Shown: one piece after another, positions 47,937 through 57,168 of the stretch
Layout: every line of letters starts with the position of its first letter
Numbering within the stretch: the first letter of the stretch is position 1
DNA from: an uncultured Gammaproteobacteria bacterium
GTDB lineage: Bacteria; Patescibacteriota; Microgenomatia; UBA8517; JACQJR01
DNA length: 64,000 nucleotides
Direction: 5' to 3'
Assembly: GCA_964442455.1 (NCBI GenBank)
Contig: CAYTZB010000001.1
Location: 21,910 to 85,909 of the forward strand
Translations under genes and position numbers: made by a program
The notes under the pieces: generated by a model
Seen by the model: only the letters and a program-made list of their open reading frames with translations
What the model was told of the DNA's origin: nothing
The model's database searches: none

Positions 47937-49396
47937 TTTTCATAATTCTTATACTTGGGTTTTTACTTAGACTGATTTCCCTTAACCAGTCTTTATGGCA
48001 TGATGAGGCGACAAGTGCGTTGGTGGCACGCGACTTTTCTGTTGCCGAAATTTTAACACAATTCTCTCCCGGTGACTTCCACCCACCGTTTTACTACTTG
48101 ATGCTCCACTTTTGGATACAAGTTTTCGGTACCTCAGAAGTTGCTATTCGAATGCTATCAATACTATTTGGTGTTGCAACGGTTTGGCTGATTTATAAAA
48201 TAGCTAAAACCATACAGCCATCTAACCATTTAGCCATTTTGTCTGCTCTCTTTCTTGCCACCGCCCCGCTCCACATCTACTATTCTCAAGAAGCACGGAT
48301 GTATGTACCTGCAGCGTTTTTTGCAGTCCTTTCAGTTTGGTTTTTCTTGAAAATTATTAAAGCGAAAAAACAAAGAGTGATGGATTGGGTGGGATTAGTA
48401 ACTGTAAGTACACTTCTTCTCTATACTGATTACCTTCCCGTTTTTCTTTTCCTCTTTTTCGCTTTGTATTTACTCGTGTTCGAAAGAAAACATCTTAAAA
48501 GGAATGTTACCAACTGGTTGTTATCTACCGGAGCCATTCTTTTCCTCTTTTTACCTTGGGTGCCGATGTTATTTGGGCAACTTGCGGCAGGTTTGGGGGT
48601 ACAAATGACTAACCCCCAATGGTGGAATGTGCTGGGCGGAACGAACGTAAAAGAGCTTGCGTTAGTACCTATTAAATTTATGATTGGGAGAATATCGTCA
48701 GAAAATGATGTGCTTTATGCCGCATCTATTGTTATTCCAACTGTACTTTTCGCGAGCGTTTTCCTCAAAAGTGTTACTCTGTGGCAGCGAACAAAGTTTG
48801 TATGGGTATGGTTTATGTTACCTATTCTCGCAGTGGCTCTGGTGGGAGTAAGACTTTCAGTCTTTTCCTATTTTCGGCTCATTTTTTTGCTGCCTCCATT
48901 TTATTTACTTGCGGCATTTGGCGCGCTTTCATTTAAAAATAGTAAAGCGAAGTTCATAGCGATGGCCGGGTTACTTTTGGTTAATATGGTTTCAAGTAGT
49001 ATATATCTTTTTAATTCGCGCTTTCATAGAGAAGATTGGAGAGGGGCGGTAAGTTTTATTGAACAAAGAGTGCAATCTCATGCTCTTGTTCTTTTTGAAA
49101 GTAAAAGTGTCTTGCCTGGTTTTTCTTGGTATTCAAAGGAAGTAGTTGACGGTGTAGGTGGTTTGACGCCACAGCTTTACCAAATTATAAAAGAAAGAGA
49201 GCAGATTTTTGTTTTTCAATACTTGGTCCAGATAAATGATCCGGAAAGGGTAGTTGAAGAAACATTGGAAGAAAATGGTTTTGTTAGGATAGCGACTTAT
49301 AATTTTCGCGGAGTGGGGTTTGTTTTCGAATATCAACGCGGGGTACAATTAACTCAAGATGAAGATTGGAATAGATATTTCGCAAATAGTTTATGA
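47933..49396 (+). CDS. GT-C (PMT_2/GT83-like) glycosyltransferase
   Basis: QSLWHDEA, DFHPPFYY, RMLSILFG, YYSQEARMY. Confidence 0.85.
   Translation: MIFIILILGFLLRLISLNQSLWHDEATSALVARDFSVAEILTQFSPGDFHPPFYYLMLHFWIQVFGTSEVAIRMLSILFGVATVWLIYKIAKTIQPSNHLAILSALFLATAPLHIYYSQEARMYVPAAFFAVLSVWFFLKIIKAKKQRVMDWVGLVTVSTLLLYTDYLPVFLFLFFALYLLVFERKHLKRNVTNWLLSTGAILFLFLPWVPMLFGQLAAGLGVQMTNPQWWNVLGGTNVKELALVPIKFMIGRISSENDVLYAASIVIPTVLFASVFLKSVTLWQRTKFVWVWFMLPILAVALVGVRLSVFSYFRLIFLLPPFYLLAAFGALSFKNSKAKFIAMAGLLLVNMVSSSIYLFNSRFHREDWRGAVSFIEQRVQSHALVLFESKSVLPGFSWYSKEVVDGVGGLTPQLYQIIKEREQIFVFQYLVQINDPERVVEETLEENGFVRIATYNFRGVGFVFEYQRGVQLTQDEDWNRYFANSL
48208..48239. repeat. Intragenic octamer array (ARCCATNY)x4
   Basis: aaccatac agccatct aaccattt agccattt; same family as 19337-19407. 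Confidence 0.7.
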
Positions 49397-50522
49397 GACT
49401 GGCGTTTCATGGTATACGAGGAGTTTGGTACATGCCCTCCTCTTGCTTAATAAAAAAGATGAGTATTTCCTCTTCGGTGGTGCCATGCGCCGTTTGCCTG
49501 ATTTAAATCATTTTAGCAAGGACCTTGGAGGCGATTTCACAAAAAAGTTTTATCCACTTTCTCCCACGATACTTGATTTTTTATGGAATCGGCTTCACAT
49601 CTCTCCAATTGAAAACTTTGTAGGAAAAGTTGAAGTATTCCATTCTTCTGATTGGGCGCAACCTCCAGCGCGACGAGCAAAAGTAGTCACAACAATCCAT
49701 GATCTCGTTCCACTTTTATATCCTGAGAGTTCGCATCCTAAAATTGTGGCTGTGCATAAAAGACGGCTTGAGTGGGTAAAGAAAGAGTGTGAGCAGGTGA
49801 TAGCAGTGTCGGAGGCTACCAAAAATGACATCATAACTTATTTGGGAATTCCGGCGAAAAAAATTTCAGTGGTGTATGAGGCACCAGATGCAATTTATAA
49901 AAAAGTAGGCCGCCGGCCCGGAGAGGCTTCTCGCCGAGTCGGAGACTCTCCAGAGTCGGAGACTGGTTCGGAGGGGGATAAGAGAGTAGGGGAGGTAAAA
50001 AAGAAATTTGGTCTTCCACGACAATTCTTGCTTGCAGTAGGAGCAGACCCGCGAAAAAATCTGTCAAACGTGGCTCAAGCACTTACACTCATTCCCGATG
50101 CGCCAAAGTTAGTAGTTGTGGGAAGGAAGTGGAACGCACCCTCCTCCGCTAAAGCTTCGGATGGGCAAGGCAATATTTTATGGCTAGGACATGTTTCCAG
50201 GACGGATCTCACTGCCTTGTATAGTGGTGCACAAGCGTTGGTATACCCTTCCCTTTATGAAGGGTTTGGTTTGCCAATACTTGAAGCTTTTGCATGTGGT
50301 TGTCCGGTGGTAACGTCGAATATCTCAAGTATGCCTGAGGTAGCAGGGGATGCAGCGGTGTTGGTAAACCCAGAGGATGTTGATGATATAAGAAGAGGAA
50401 TTGAACGAGTGCTTTCAAAAAGAGAGGAATTCATTGAAAAAGGTTTTAGGCGAGTTAAAGAATTTTCGTGGAAGAAAACAGCCCAAGAAACTCTTAGAGT
50501 TTATCGTGAGTTGATACAGTAA
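49359..50522 (+). CDS. GT4 glycosyltransferase (MtfB/WbpY-like) with two insertions
   Basis: TGVSWY, TIHDL, PRKNL, YPSLYEGFGLPILEAFACG. Confidence 0.9.
   Translation: MKIGIDISQIVYETGVSWYTRSLVHALLLLNKKDEYFLFGGAMRRLPDLNHFSKDLGGDFTKKFYPLSPTILDFLWNRLHISPIENFVGKVEVFHSSDWAQPPARRAKVVTTIHDLVPLLYPESSHPKIVAVHKRRLEWVKKECEQVIAVSEATKNDIITYLGIPAKKISVVYEAPDAIYKKVGRRPGEASRRVGDSPESETGSEGDKRVGEVKKKFGLPRQFLLAVGADPRKNLSNVAQALTLIPDAPKLVVVGRKWNAPSSAKASDGQGNILWLGHVSRTDLTALYSGAQALVYPSLYEGFGLPILEAFACGCPVVTSNISSMPEVAGDAAVLVNPEDVDDIRRGIERVLSKREEFIEKGFRRVKEFSWKKTAQETLRVYRELIQ
49897..49990. repeat. 81-bp in-frame GC-rich insertion with degenerate flanking duplication
   Basis: ATAAAAAAGTAGG (49897) and ATAAGAGAGTAGG (49978); internal direct repeat GAGTCGGAGACT at 49936 and 49953. 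Confidence 0.75.
50139..50168. repeat. In-frame GC-rich palindromic element (PSSAKASDGQ)
   Basis: CCCTCCTCCGCTAAAGCTTCGGATGGGCAA; imperfect hairpin inside a GT4 loop. Confidence 0.6.
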
Positions 50523-50540
50523 ATAATCATATATTCATAT

Positions 50541-51701
50541 ATGAATAACAATATGATAATCGGAATTGATGGAAATGAAGCAAATGTAGAAAGGCGTGTT
50601 GGATCAAATCAATATGCGTTTGAGTTACTGCATGCGCTGCACGATTTAAAAGAAGCACAAAAACATCAATGGATGATTTATTTACGTGATACTCCCCTAC
50701 CTGACATGCCCCAAAAAACTTCATGGTGGAAATATAAAGTCTTCGGGCCTAAACGTTTATGGACTCAATTTGCACTTCCCTTTGCACTTTTCTTTGGAAA
50801 ACGGCCCGATGTATTTTTTACCCCAGGGCATTATCGCCCTCGGTTGTCACCTGTTCCGACAGTCGTCTCCATAATGGACCTTGGGTATTTGCGATACCCC
50901 GAGCAGTTTACACGCCGTGACCTTTACCAGTTAACTTCCTGGACCGCTCACTCTATTAAAAAGGCAGACCATATTATTGCTATTTCTGAAAGTACGAAAA
51001 GAGACATTATTAGGTATTACAAAATTCCACGTTCAAAAATTACGGTTACGTATCCGGGTTATGACAAGTCAAAATTCGAAATTCGAATATCGAAATTCGA
51101 AACAAATAAAATAAAAACAAAATACAAAATTCAAAACGACTACATTTTATTTTTGAGTACACTTAAACCGAGCAAAAATGTCGAAAGCCTTCTTGAGGCT
51201 TTTAGGCTACTAGGGCACTGGGATACTGGGAGTAATAAACCCAGTATCCCAGCAACCCAGCAACCAAGTGACCTCAAACTCGTTATTGCTGGCAAAAAAG
51301 GATGGCTTTATGAGTCAATTTTTGAGAAAGTGAAACAGCTTGCGCTAGAGGATAATGTTATTTTTACTGATTTTGTACCAGATGATGATGTGCCACATCT
51401 CCTGGCAGGAGCGCGGGTTTTTGTACTTCCGAGTTTTTGGGAGGGATTTGGGATTCCGGTAGTTGAGGCGATGGCAGTAGGAACACCGGTTGTCGTCTCG
51501 ACAGTTGGGAGTTTACCTGAAGTTGTGGGAGATACAGGAATTTTAGTGAATCCCGACGATCCAAGAGATATCGCTCGTGGGATAAAAGAGGCTCTTAAAA
51601 ATCATGACGCATTATCCAAAAAAGGTTTAGAGCGTACCAAACTCTTCGACTGGCAAAAAACAGCTAAACAAACACTTGAAGTTTTAGAAAGAGTAACTTG
51701 A
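50541..51701 (+). CDS. GT4 glycosyltransferase (MtfB-like) with two repeat insertions
   Basis: IGIDG, SIMDL, PSKNV, PSFWEGFGIPVVEAMA. Confidence 0.9.
   Translation: MNNNMIIGIDGNEANVERRVGSNQYAFELLHALHDLKEAQKHQWMIYLRDTPLPDMPQKTSWWKYKVFGPKRLWTQFALPFALFFGKRPDVFFTPGHYRPRLSPVPTVVSIMDLGYLRYPEQFTRRDLYQLTSWTAHSIKKADHIIAISESTKRDIIRYYKIPRSKITVTYPGYDKSKFEIRISKFETNKIKTKYKIQNDYILFLSTLKPSKNVESLLEAFRLLGHWDTGSNKPSIPATQQPSDLKLVIAGKKGWLYESIFEKVKQLALEDNVIFTDFVPDDDVPHLLAGARVFVLPSFWEGFGIPVVEAMAVGTPVVVSTVGSLPEVVGDTGILVNPDDPRDIARGIKEALKNHDALSKKGLERTKLFDWQKTAKQTLEVLERVT
51072..51102. repeat. Intragenic heptamer array (AAATTCG)x4, one degenerate unit
   Basis: aaattcg aaattcg aatatcg aaattcg aaa; encodes KFEIRISKFE. 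Confidence 0.85.
51203..51269. repeat. Inverted octamer array forming a 13-bp perfect hairpin, in frame
   Basis: CTGGGATACTGGG (51218-51230) / CCCAGTATCCCAG (51240-51252). Confidence 0.85.
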
Positions 51702-51725
51702 CAAGGAGAAAAATTTTGATATATT
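51698..51725 (+). promoter_or_regulatory. Sigma70-type promoter of the orphan gene
   Basis: TTGACA-16 nt-TATATT with TG extension. Confidence 0.55.
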
Positions 51726-51738
51726 GACTATATAAATT

Positions 51739-52122
51739 ATGGGTAAAGATAGAGAACAAGGGATCGGGTTAAAAGAAAAAGTTCCTGGACTTGCTATGAT
51801 TACAGCAGGTGCAACGGGTTTATGGATAGGTTGGAAAGTTAATCAGTTATGGAGGAAAGCTGTAAATGAACATCCTTCGGGATCACGGTTAAGAGAAGTA
51901 GAGAGAGAATTATCCTCGTTAAGTAAAACTAATTTTGTAGGTTACCTAAATGAATGGTCACGAAATTTTGATGAGAAGGATCGATTAGAAACAGCAATAA
52001 AAGAAGATATAGATCCTTATAACTTTCGTCTGATTGGCAGTAGAGTACTACCTCTTGTTTCGGCTATAGCAGGAGCTGCGGGAGTGTATAGACTTCTTAA
52101 ACCAGGTAGGAAAAAGGGATAG
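51739..52122 (+). CDS. Orphan protein with two TM segments and a helical loop
   Basis: 127-aa ORF with its own promoter; no family recognised. Confidence 0.6.
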   Translation: MGKDREQGIGLKEKVPGLAMITAGATGLWIGWKVNQLWRKAVNEHPSGSRLREVERELSSLSKTNFVGYLNEWSRNFDEKDRLETAIKEDIDPYNFRLIGSRVLPLVSAIAGAAGVYRLLKPGRKKG

Positions 52123-52160
52123 TTATTTGTCTTCTTCTCAGTAAACCTTTATGATATCTT

Positions 52161-52184
52161 CCTCGCTATGAATGGCGGGGTTTT
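52161..52184 (+). terminator. Possible intrinsic terminator
   Basis: CCTCGC-loop-GCGGGG followed by TTTT. Confidence 0.35.
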
Positions 52185-52212
52185 CTTGAATGCTGTTATA
52201 ATAAGATTATCT

Positions 52213-52815
52213 ATGGCTGTTTTTCGTGATCGGATGGGGAGAGAGCTGAATCTCCGACAGGTTCAGGATAAGCTCGTAAACCGTCTCTATAATTATTTAG
52301 CTGATTTTGCCTTATTTTGGCTTCATTTACTTTGCAATTTTCCCTCCCATCATTTCCGTCGCTTTTTAATGCGTCTTGGGGGTGCAAGGATTGGTGCGGG
52401 TTCGAGCATTCATATGGGTTGCCGATTTTTTTCCTTAAAAAATTTAAAGATTGGGCAAGATTCAATAATTGGCGACCACGTGTTTCTTGATGGGCGGGCG
52501 CCTCTTGCGATTGGAAACCACGTTGATATTGCTTCACAGGTGCTTATCTATAATTCAGAGCATGATGTGCATTCAGACGATTTTAGACCTACCGTGGGGC
52601 CAGTTGAAATAGAGGACTATGTATTTGTTGGACCGCGGGCAATAATCTTACCAACCGTCAAAATAAAGAAAGGTGCGGTTGTTGCTGCGGGAGCGGTCGT
52701 AACAGAGGATGTTCCTGAATTTGCAATTGTTGGAGGTGTGCCGGCAAAGGTGATTGGTGAGAGGAAAAACAAAAATCCAAACTATCGGCTTGGTCGCGCA
52801 AGACTTTTTCAGTAG
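52213..52815 (+). CDS. LbH O-acetyltransferase (maltose/galactoside acetyltransferase-like)
   Basis: Hexapeptide repeats, LDGR, H..H, VGGVPAKVIG. Start moved to ATG 52213, downstream of TGtTATAAT at 52194-52202. Confidence 0.85.
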   Translation: MAVFRDRMGRELNLRQVQDKLVNRLYNYLADFALFWLHLLCNFPSHHFRRFLMRLGGARIGAGSSIHMGCRFFSLKNLKIGQDSIIGDHVFLDGRAPLAIGNHVDIASQVLIYNSEHDVHSDDFRPTVGPVEIEDYVFVGPRAIILPTVKIKKGAVVAAGAVVTEDVPEFAIVGGVPAKVIGERKNKNPNYRLGRARLFQ

Positions 52816-52819
52816 AAAT

Positions 52820-53392
52820 ATGAAAGTCATCAAATTTTTACTTTTAACCTTATTTGTTATCGCTTATACTTTTTTTTCAGGAATTTTTCTTTTTTATATC
52901 ATACTTCCTACGCCTCCTTTCCCGAGCAATCCTCCCGACTCTTTAGAGTCTACTGAGCGGGGAGACACCGAAGATTATAAAAACCGACGAGCTTATTTTA
53001 CTGATTTATCACGCGAGGAGGTTCTTACATATCATCAGAAGGAACTAAGTACCATAAGCTGGAGAAGTTTTAACATTCCTATCCCAACTTACAGGCTTAA
53101 TTACCCCCCAGAAGATGCAGCTATATTTATTAAAGATTTGACCCGAAGCGTTTTTTTGGAGGAAATAGTTCACCCCTTTAGGGAGTCGTTTTTTGTCAAC
53201 GGTTTTGTTGCGAAACAGCCAAAAGATGCAATCATAATCGAAGGGCGAGAATTTCAACAAAAAATTACCGTTCGGTATTACAGAAGTAATACATATCTAA
53301 GAGTTTCACTTGCTGCTTTTTCCCTTGGTTTGTTACTTCTCGTGATGCGTTCGTGGTACAAAACTCTTTTTAGAGCAAATGGAAATAGTTGA
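52820..53392 (+). CDS. Hypothetical membrane-anchored protein (N- and C-terminal TM)
   Basis: Start at ATG 52820 just after the upstream stop; RLNYPPE...LEEIVHPFRES loop. Confidence 0.65.
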   Translation: MKVIKFLLLTLFVIAYTFFSGIFLFYIILPTPPFPSNPPDSLESTERGDTEDYKNRRAYFTDLSREEVLTYHQKELSTISWRSFNIPIPTYRLNYPPEDAAIFIKDLTRSVFLEEIVHPFRESFFVNGFVAKQPKDAIIIEGREFQQKITVRYYRSNTYLRVSLAAFSLGLLLLVMRSWYKTLFRANGNS

Positions 53393-54275
53393 TCTTTCAA
53401 TAATTATAGTGTCGTATAACACAAAAGGGTTACTCCTTGAGTGTCTTTCCTCAATTCAAAAACACACAAAGGAAGTAAGTTATGAGGTAATTGTAGTGGA
53501 TAATGCATCGAAAGATGGAAGTGTAGCTGCGCTACAAAAGTTGGAGGTAGCAGGTAAAAAGTTACAAGTTATTGCAAACAAAGAAAATTGGGGATTTGGG
53601 GCGGCAAATAATCAGGGGATGAAGAAGGCAAAGGGACGTTATATTCTGCTTCTTAATTCGGATACAAAATTAATTGAAAATTCTTTACTTAGTATGGTGA
53701 TGTTCATGGATGAGCATCCTAAAGTTGGCATTGCCAGTTGCAAATTAGTGAATGCCGATGGTACGCTCCAGACAACAGGCGGATTTTTCCCGACCTTACC
53801 GAGAGTGTTCTTGTGGGCAACACTCATTGATGATGTACCATTTGTAGGCGATTTTTTTGGCTCGTACCATCCCCATAAGTTGTTTTACTCAAAAGAACGG
53901 CCGCTTGATTGGGTAACAGGAGCATTTTTTTTAGCGAGACGAGAGGTTACCAGCGAGATTGGTTTGTTTGATGAGCGCTTCTTTCTCTATGTTGAGGAAG
54001 TTGAATATTGTATGCGGACTAGGAGCAAGGGATGGGAGGTGTGGTACGTTCCACAAACAAAAATAATCCACTTCGGGGGGGCAAGTGGAACAAGAGAGGG
54101 AACGGTTCTTCGCGAGTTCGAAGGTTTAAAAATCCTTTACAAAAAACATTATTCAAAGGTGAGCCTTGTCTTTTTACGCCTTTTCCTTTTTATAGGAAGT
54201 GTTCTTCGTATGTTTATTTTTGGTATCATTACACCAAGGAGTAGGATTTATGTTCACGCGCTTGGTAGAATTTGA
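53379..54275 (+). CDS. GT2 glycosyltransferase (WbbL/rhamnosyltransferase-like)
   Basis: SIIIVSYN, VDNASKDGS, GFGAANN, LLNSD, FDERFFLYVEE. Confidence 0.9.
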   Translation: MEIVDLSIIIVSYNTKGLLLECLSSIQKHTKEVSYEVIVVDNASKDGSVAALQKLEVAGKKLQVIANKENWGFGAANNQGMKKAKGRYILLLNSDTKLIENSLLSMVMFMDEHPKVGIASCKLVNADGTLQTTGGFFPTLPRVFLWATLIDDVPFVGDFFGSYHPHKLFYSKERPLDWVTGAFFLARREVTSEIGLFDERFFLYVEEVEYCMRTRSKGWEVWYVPQTKIIHFGGASGTREGTVLREFEGLKILYKKHYSKVSLVFLRLFLFIGSVLRMFIFGIITPRSRIYVHALGRI

Positions 54276-55605
54276 GAATTTTATTTTTAAATGGGGTCTG
54301 GCGGTAATTTTACTTGCTATACCTTTATATCCTAAGTTTCCTCTTTTTAATATACCGGGAACGTATGTTGCAGTGAGAATGGAAGATATTTTGCTTGCGG
54401 CTCTTGGGATATTTCTTTTGTTAAAAGTAGTACAAAATCATCGCTCTTTTTTTCAGAGCAGCATTACCCGTGCATTCTTTCTGTTCTTTGCGGCAGGGTT
54501 GGTGTCAATTGTGGCCGGTATCTTTTTAACCCATACCGTTGTACCACATATAGGACTGCTCCATTGGGTAAGAAGGATTGAATACGTTGTTCCTTTTTTT
54601 CTTGCGTACAGCTTCGCGCGGGTAGAGCGGCATGCATATTTCTTTATTGAGGTGCTTCTGGTTGCCGCGTTCTTAGTGTTTTTGTATGGGTTAGGGCAAA
54701 TCCATTTTGGCTTTCCGGTGATTTCAACCCAAAATGCGGAATTTTCGAAAGGATTGGCACTCCGATGGTTGCCGGGAGCGCGGCTTCATTCGACGTTCGG
54801 GGGACATTATGATTTGGCAGCATTTTTAGTGCTTGTCCTTCCGCTGGGAATTGCGTACCTTTTTGCGGTAAGGAATATTGTAGGGAGAGCGGTTATCTTT
54901 GGTGTTACTCTCTGTCTTTTGTGGCTGCTTGTGACTGCTGCCTCTCGGATTTCCGTCGCAGCGTACTTTCTAGGACTATTGGTAACTCTTTGGTTCTTGA
55001 AGCGACGAGTCTTTTTAGTGTATATGATAGCCATAAGCATCGCGTTTGTACTTACTTCGGATTTGGCTGGCAAGTATAAATTTACTCTACAGCAGCTATT
55101 CGGAAGAGTCGAGATAACAAGAATTGCGTGGGCGCAAGAAGAGAAGCTCTCTCCTACTCCCGTTCCCCCACCACCAATTTTCGAAGACCGCTCAACTGCA
55201 ATTCGTCTGAATGTTGAATGGCCGAGGGCATTGCGTGCGTTCTTTAAGAATCCTCTACTGGGGACCGGATTTTCCTCCATCACCCTTGCAACCGATAATG
55301 ATTACCTTCGCATGTTAGGGGAAGTGGGGGTGGTGGGCACGCTGGCGTTTTTCCTTGTGTTGGTAAGAATCGGACAAAAAATGTGGAAATTCCTACGGGA
55401 GTTTCGGCCAAACGGGGGCACTCTTGCCTCCCAAGATGTGTTGGTTGTGGGGGCAGTAGGGGGAGCAGTGGGACTGCTTGCGAATGCGGCATTTATTGAT
55501 GTATTCGAGGCCTCAAAGGTGGCACTTATATTTTGGACACTTCTGGGGATATCGGTAGGAATTATTAATACGCGTATGAAGAGGGAGAGTCGTGAAGAAA
55601 ATTAA
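54250..55605 (+). CDS. O-antigen ligase/Wzy-like membrane protein
   Basis: RLHSTFGGHYDLA, TASRIS, NPLLGTG, DNDYLRMLGEVGVVG; start moved to ATG 54250. Confidence 0.8.
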   Translation: MFTRLVEFENFIFKWGLAVILLAIPLYPKFPLFNIPGTYVAVRMEDILLAALGIFLLLKVVQNHRSFFQSSITRAFFLFFAAGLVSIVAGIFLTHTVVPHIGLLHWVRRIEYVVPFFLAYSFARVERHAYFFIEVLLVAAFLVFLYGLGQIHFGFPVISTQNAEFSKGLALRWLPGARLHSTFGGHYDLAAFLVLVLPLGIAYLFAVRNIVGRAVIFGVTLCLLWLLVTAASRISVAAYFLGLLVTLWFLKRRVFLVYMIAISIAFVLTSDLAGKYKFTLQQLFGRVEITRIAWAQEEKLSPTPVPPPPIFEDRSTAIRLNVEWPRALRAFFKNPLLGTGFSSITLATDNDYLRMLGEVGVVGTLAFFLVLVRIGQKMWKFLREFRPNGGTLASQDVLVVGAVGGAVGLLANAAFIDVFEASKVALIFWTLLGISVGIINTRMKRESREEN

Positions 55606-57049
55606 TAGAATAATAAAAAGGTTAGTAAAACCAGAGTATCTTTTGTTGGTGCTCATTCTTCTTATTGCACTGTGGGCCCGTCTTTACAAAATAGATAATC
55701 CTGTTGCCGACTGGCATTCTTGGCGACAGGCAGATACCGCCTCAGTCACTCAATTTTATGTTGAGCGCGGGATTGATTTACTTCGTCCTCGCTATCTTAA
55801 TATCTCAAGCAGTGCCACAGGATACGAGAATCCTAAAGGTTACCGATTTGTTGAGTTCCCCGTTTTCAATGCTGTACATGCACTCCTTTATCAGGCATTT
55901 CCTTCCTGGTCACTTGATCGATGGGGTCGACTCATCGCTGCTACTGCTTCGATTATCTCACTATTCTTTATCTTTTTAATTGGCAAACGATTTTTAGGGA
56001 CTGCGGTGGCTTTACTTGCTGCACTCTTTTTTGCCATTCTTCCCTTCAATGTTTATTTTTCCCGCGTCATACTTCCCGATCCTTTGACTGTTACTGTTGC
56101 AATTGTAAGCTTATGGTTTTTTGTCTGGTGGATTGATACCGAGCGGTCATGGAAGCTGTTTACCTCGGCATTCTTTTTTGCGACGGCCCTACTTCTTAAA
56201 CCTTACATTGTTTTTTATAGCATACCGATGCTTTACCTTGCAGTGACAAAATATGGTGTGTGGGGAGCAGTGAAAGAGGCAAAACTATGGATGTTTTTTT
56301 GTCTCTCACTTATCCCGGTTTTCTTCTGGCGTGCATGGATGGGGCACGATTATTACTTTGTGGGTATTCCTTTTTGGGAGTGGGCATTTAATGGAGATGA
56401 AATTAGGTTTAAACCCTCATTTTGGTGGTGGCTCTTTGGACAGCGTCTGGGATTGCTCATTTTAGGAGGATGGGCGCTTGTTCCATTTGTCATTGGACTG
56501 CTGTCTCCTTCCCGTGGGAAGTTCCCCTGGTTTGTACACTCTATGCTTGCGGGACAGTTGTTGTACATAGCGGTTGTGGCAACCGCAAATGTGCGACACG
56601 ATTACTACCAAACACTGCTTATTCCCGCAGTTGTCCTTCCTCTCGCGAATGGAACGTATTTGTTATGGCGGCTGCGTGCGTTCAACCAATTTCTTACCCG
56701 CGTGGCGGTGTTGGGGACTCTTGCAGCAGGATTGGCATTTTCTTTTTATCAAATTAAAGAGTTTTATAAAGTTAATCATCCCGAGATTATGATTGCCGGC
56801 GCCGCAGCTGACCGATTATTACCAAAAGACGCAAAAGTCATAGCTCCCTACAATGGTGATACCGCATTCTTGTATCAAACGAAACGTCAAGGGTGGCCGG
56901 TTGCGACGCTCCCCATGGACCAAATGATTAGTCGGCTTGATGCCGAGTATTATGTATCGGTCAATTACGATGCACAGACGAAGGAGGTAATGGAAAAATA
57001 TACGGTGCTTGAGAAAACAAATGAGTATGTGGTGGTTAAACTAAAATGA
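55592..57049 (+). CDS. GT-C (ArnT/PMT-like) glycosyltransferase
   Basis: DWHSWRQADT, EFP, SRVILPDP, LLKP, HDYY. Confidence 0.8.
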   Translation: MKKINRIIKRLVKPEYLLLVLILLIALWARLYKIDNPVADWHSWRQADTASVTQFYVERGIDLLRPRYLNISSSATGYENPKGYRFVEFPVFNAVHALLYQAFPSWSLDRWGRLIAATASIISLFFIFLIGKRFLGTAVALLAALFFAILPFNVYFSRVILPDPLTVTVAIVSLWFFVWWIDTERSWKLFTSAFFFATALLLKPYIVFYSIPMLYLAVTKYGVWGAVKEAKLWMFFCLSLIPVFFWRAWMGHDYYFVGIPFWEWAFNGDEIRFKPSFWWWLFGQRLGLLILGGWALVPFVIGLLSPSRGKFPWFVHSMLAGQLLYIAVVATANVRHDYYQTLLIPAVVLPLANGTYLLWRLRAFNQFLTRVAVLGTLAAGLAFSFYQIKEFYKVNHPEIMIAGAAADRLLPKDAKVIAPYNGDTAFLYQTKRQGWPVATLPMDQMISRLDAEYYVSVNYDAQTKEVMEKYTVLEKTNEYVVVKLK

Positions 57050-57051
57050 GT

Positions 57052-57151
57052 GTCCTTGCGGGTCCTGCCCCGGGTTATCCCTCCCGCCAGTGCTCGGCAT
57101 TTGCTTGCGCGCGTGTCGGGATCCCTTCCACCCGTGTCACCCGCGGCGGAC
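57052..57151. repeat. Intergenic GC-rich palindromic element (MITE/REP-like), same family as 62488-62602
   Basis: Ends GTCCTTGCGGGT / ACCCGCGGCGGAC; shares CGGGTCCTGCC and GTCACCCG with the 62488 element. Confidence 0.8.
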
Positions 57152-57168
57152 TTTAGACTATTTTATTT

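Noticed and set aside
53535-53572. Degenerate 7-bp periodicity (KLEVAGKKLQV)
   Set aside because: Too degenerate to call as a repeat on its own
55401-55432. GC-rich mini-hairpins (FRPNGGTLASQ) in the ligase gene
   Set aside because: May be another insert, but there is no second copy or flanking duplication in the window
57052-57151. GC-rich intergenic structure as a tRNA or a simple terminator
   Set aside because: No cloverleaf, T-loop or CCA; longer than a terminator and homologous to a coding-region element
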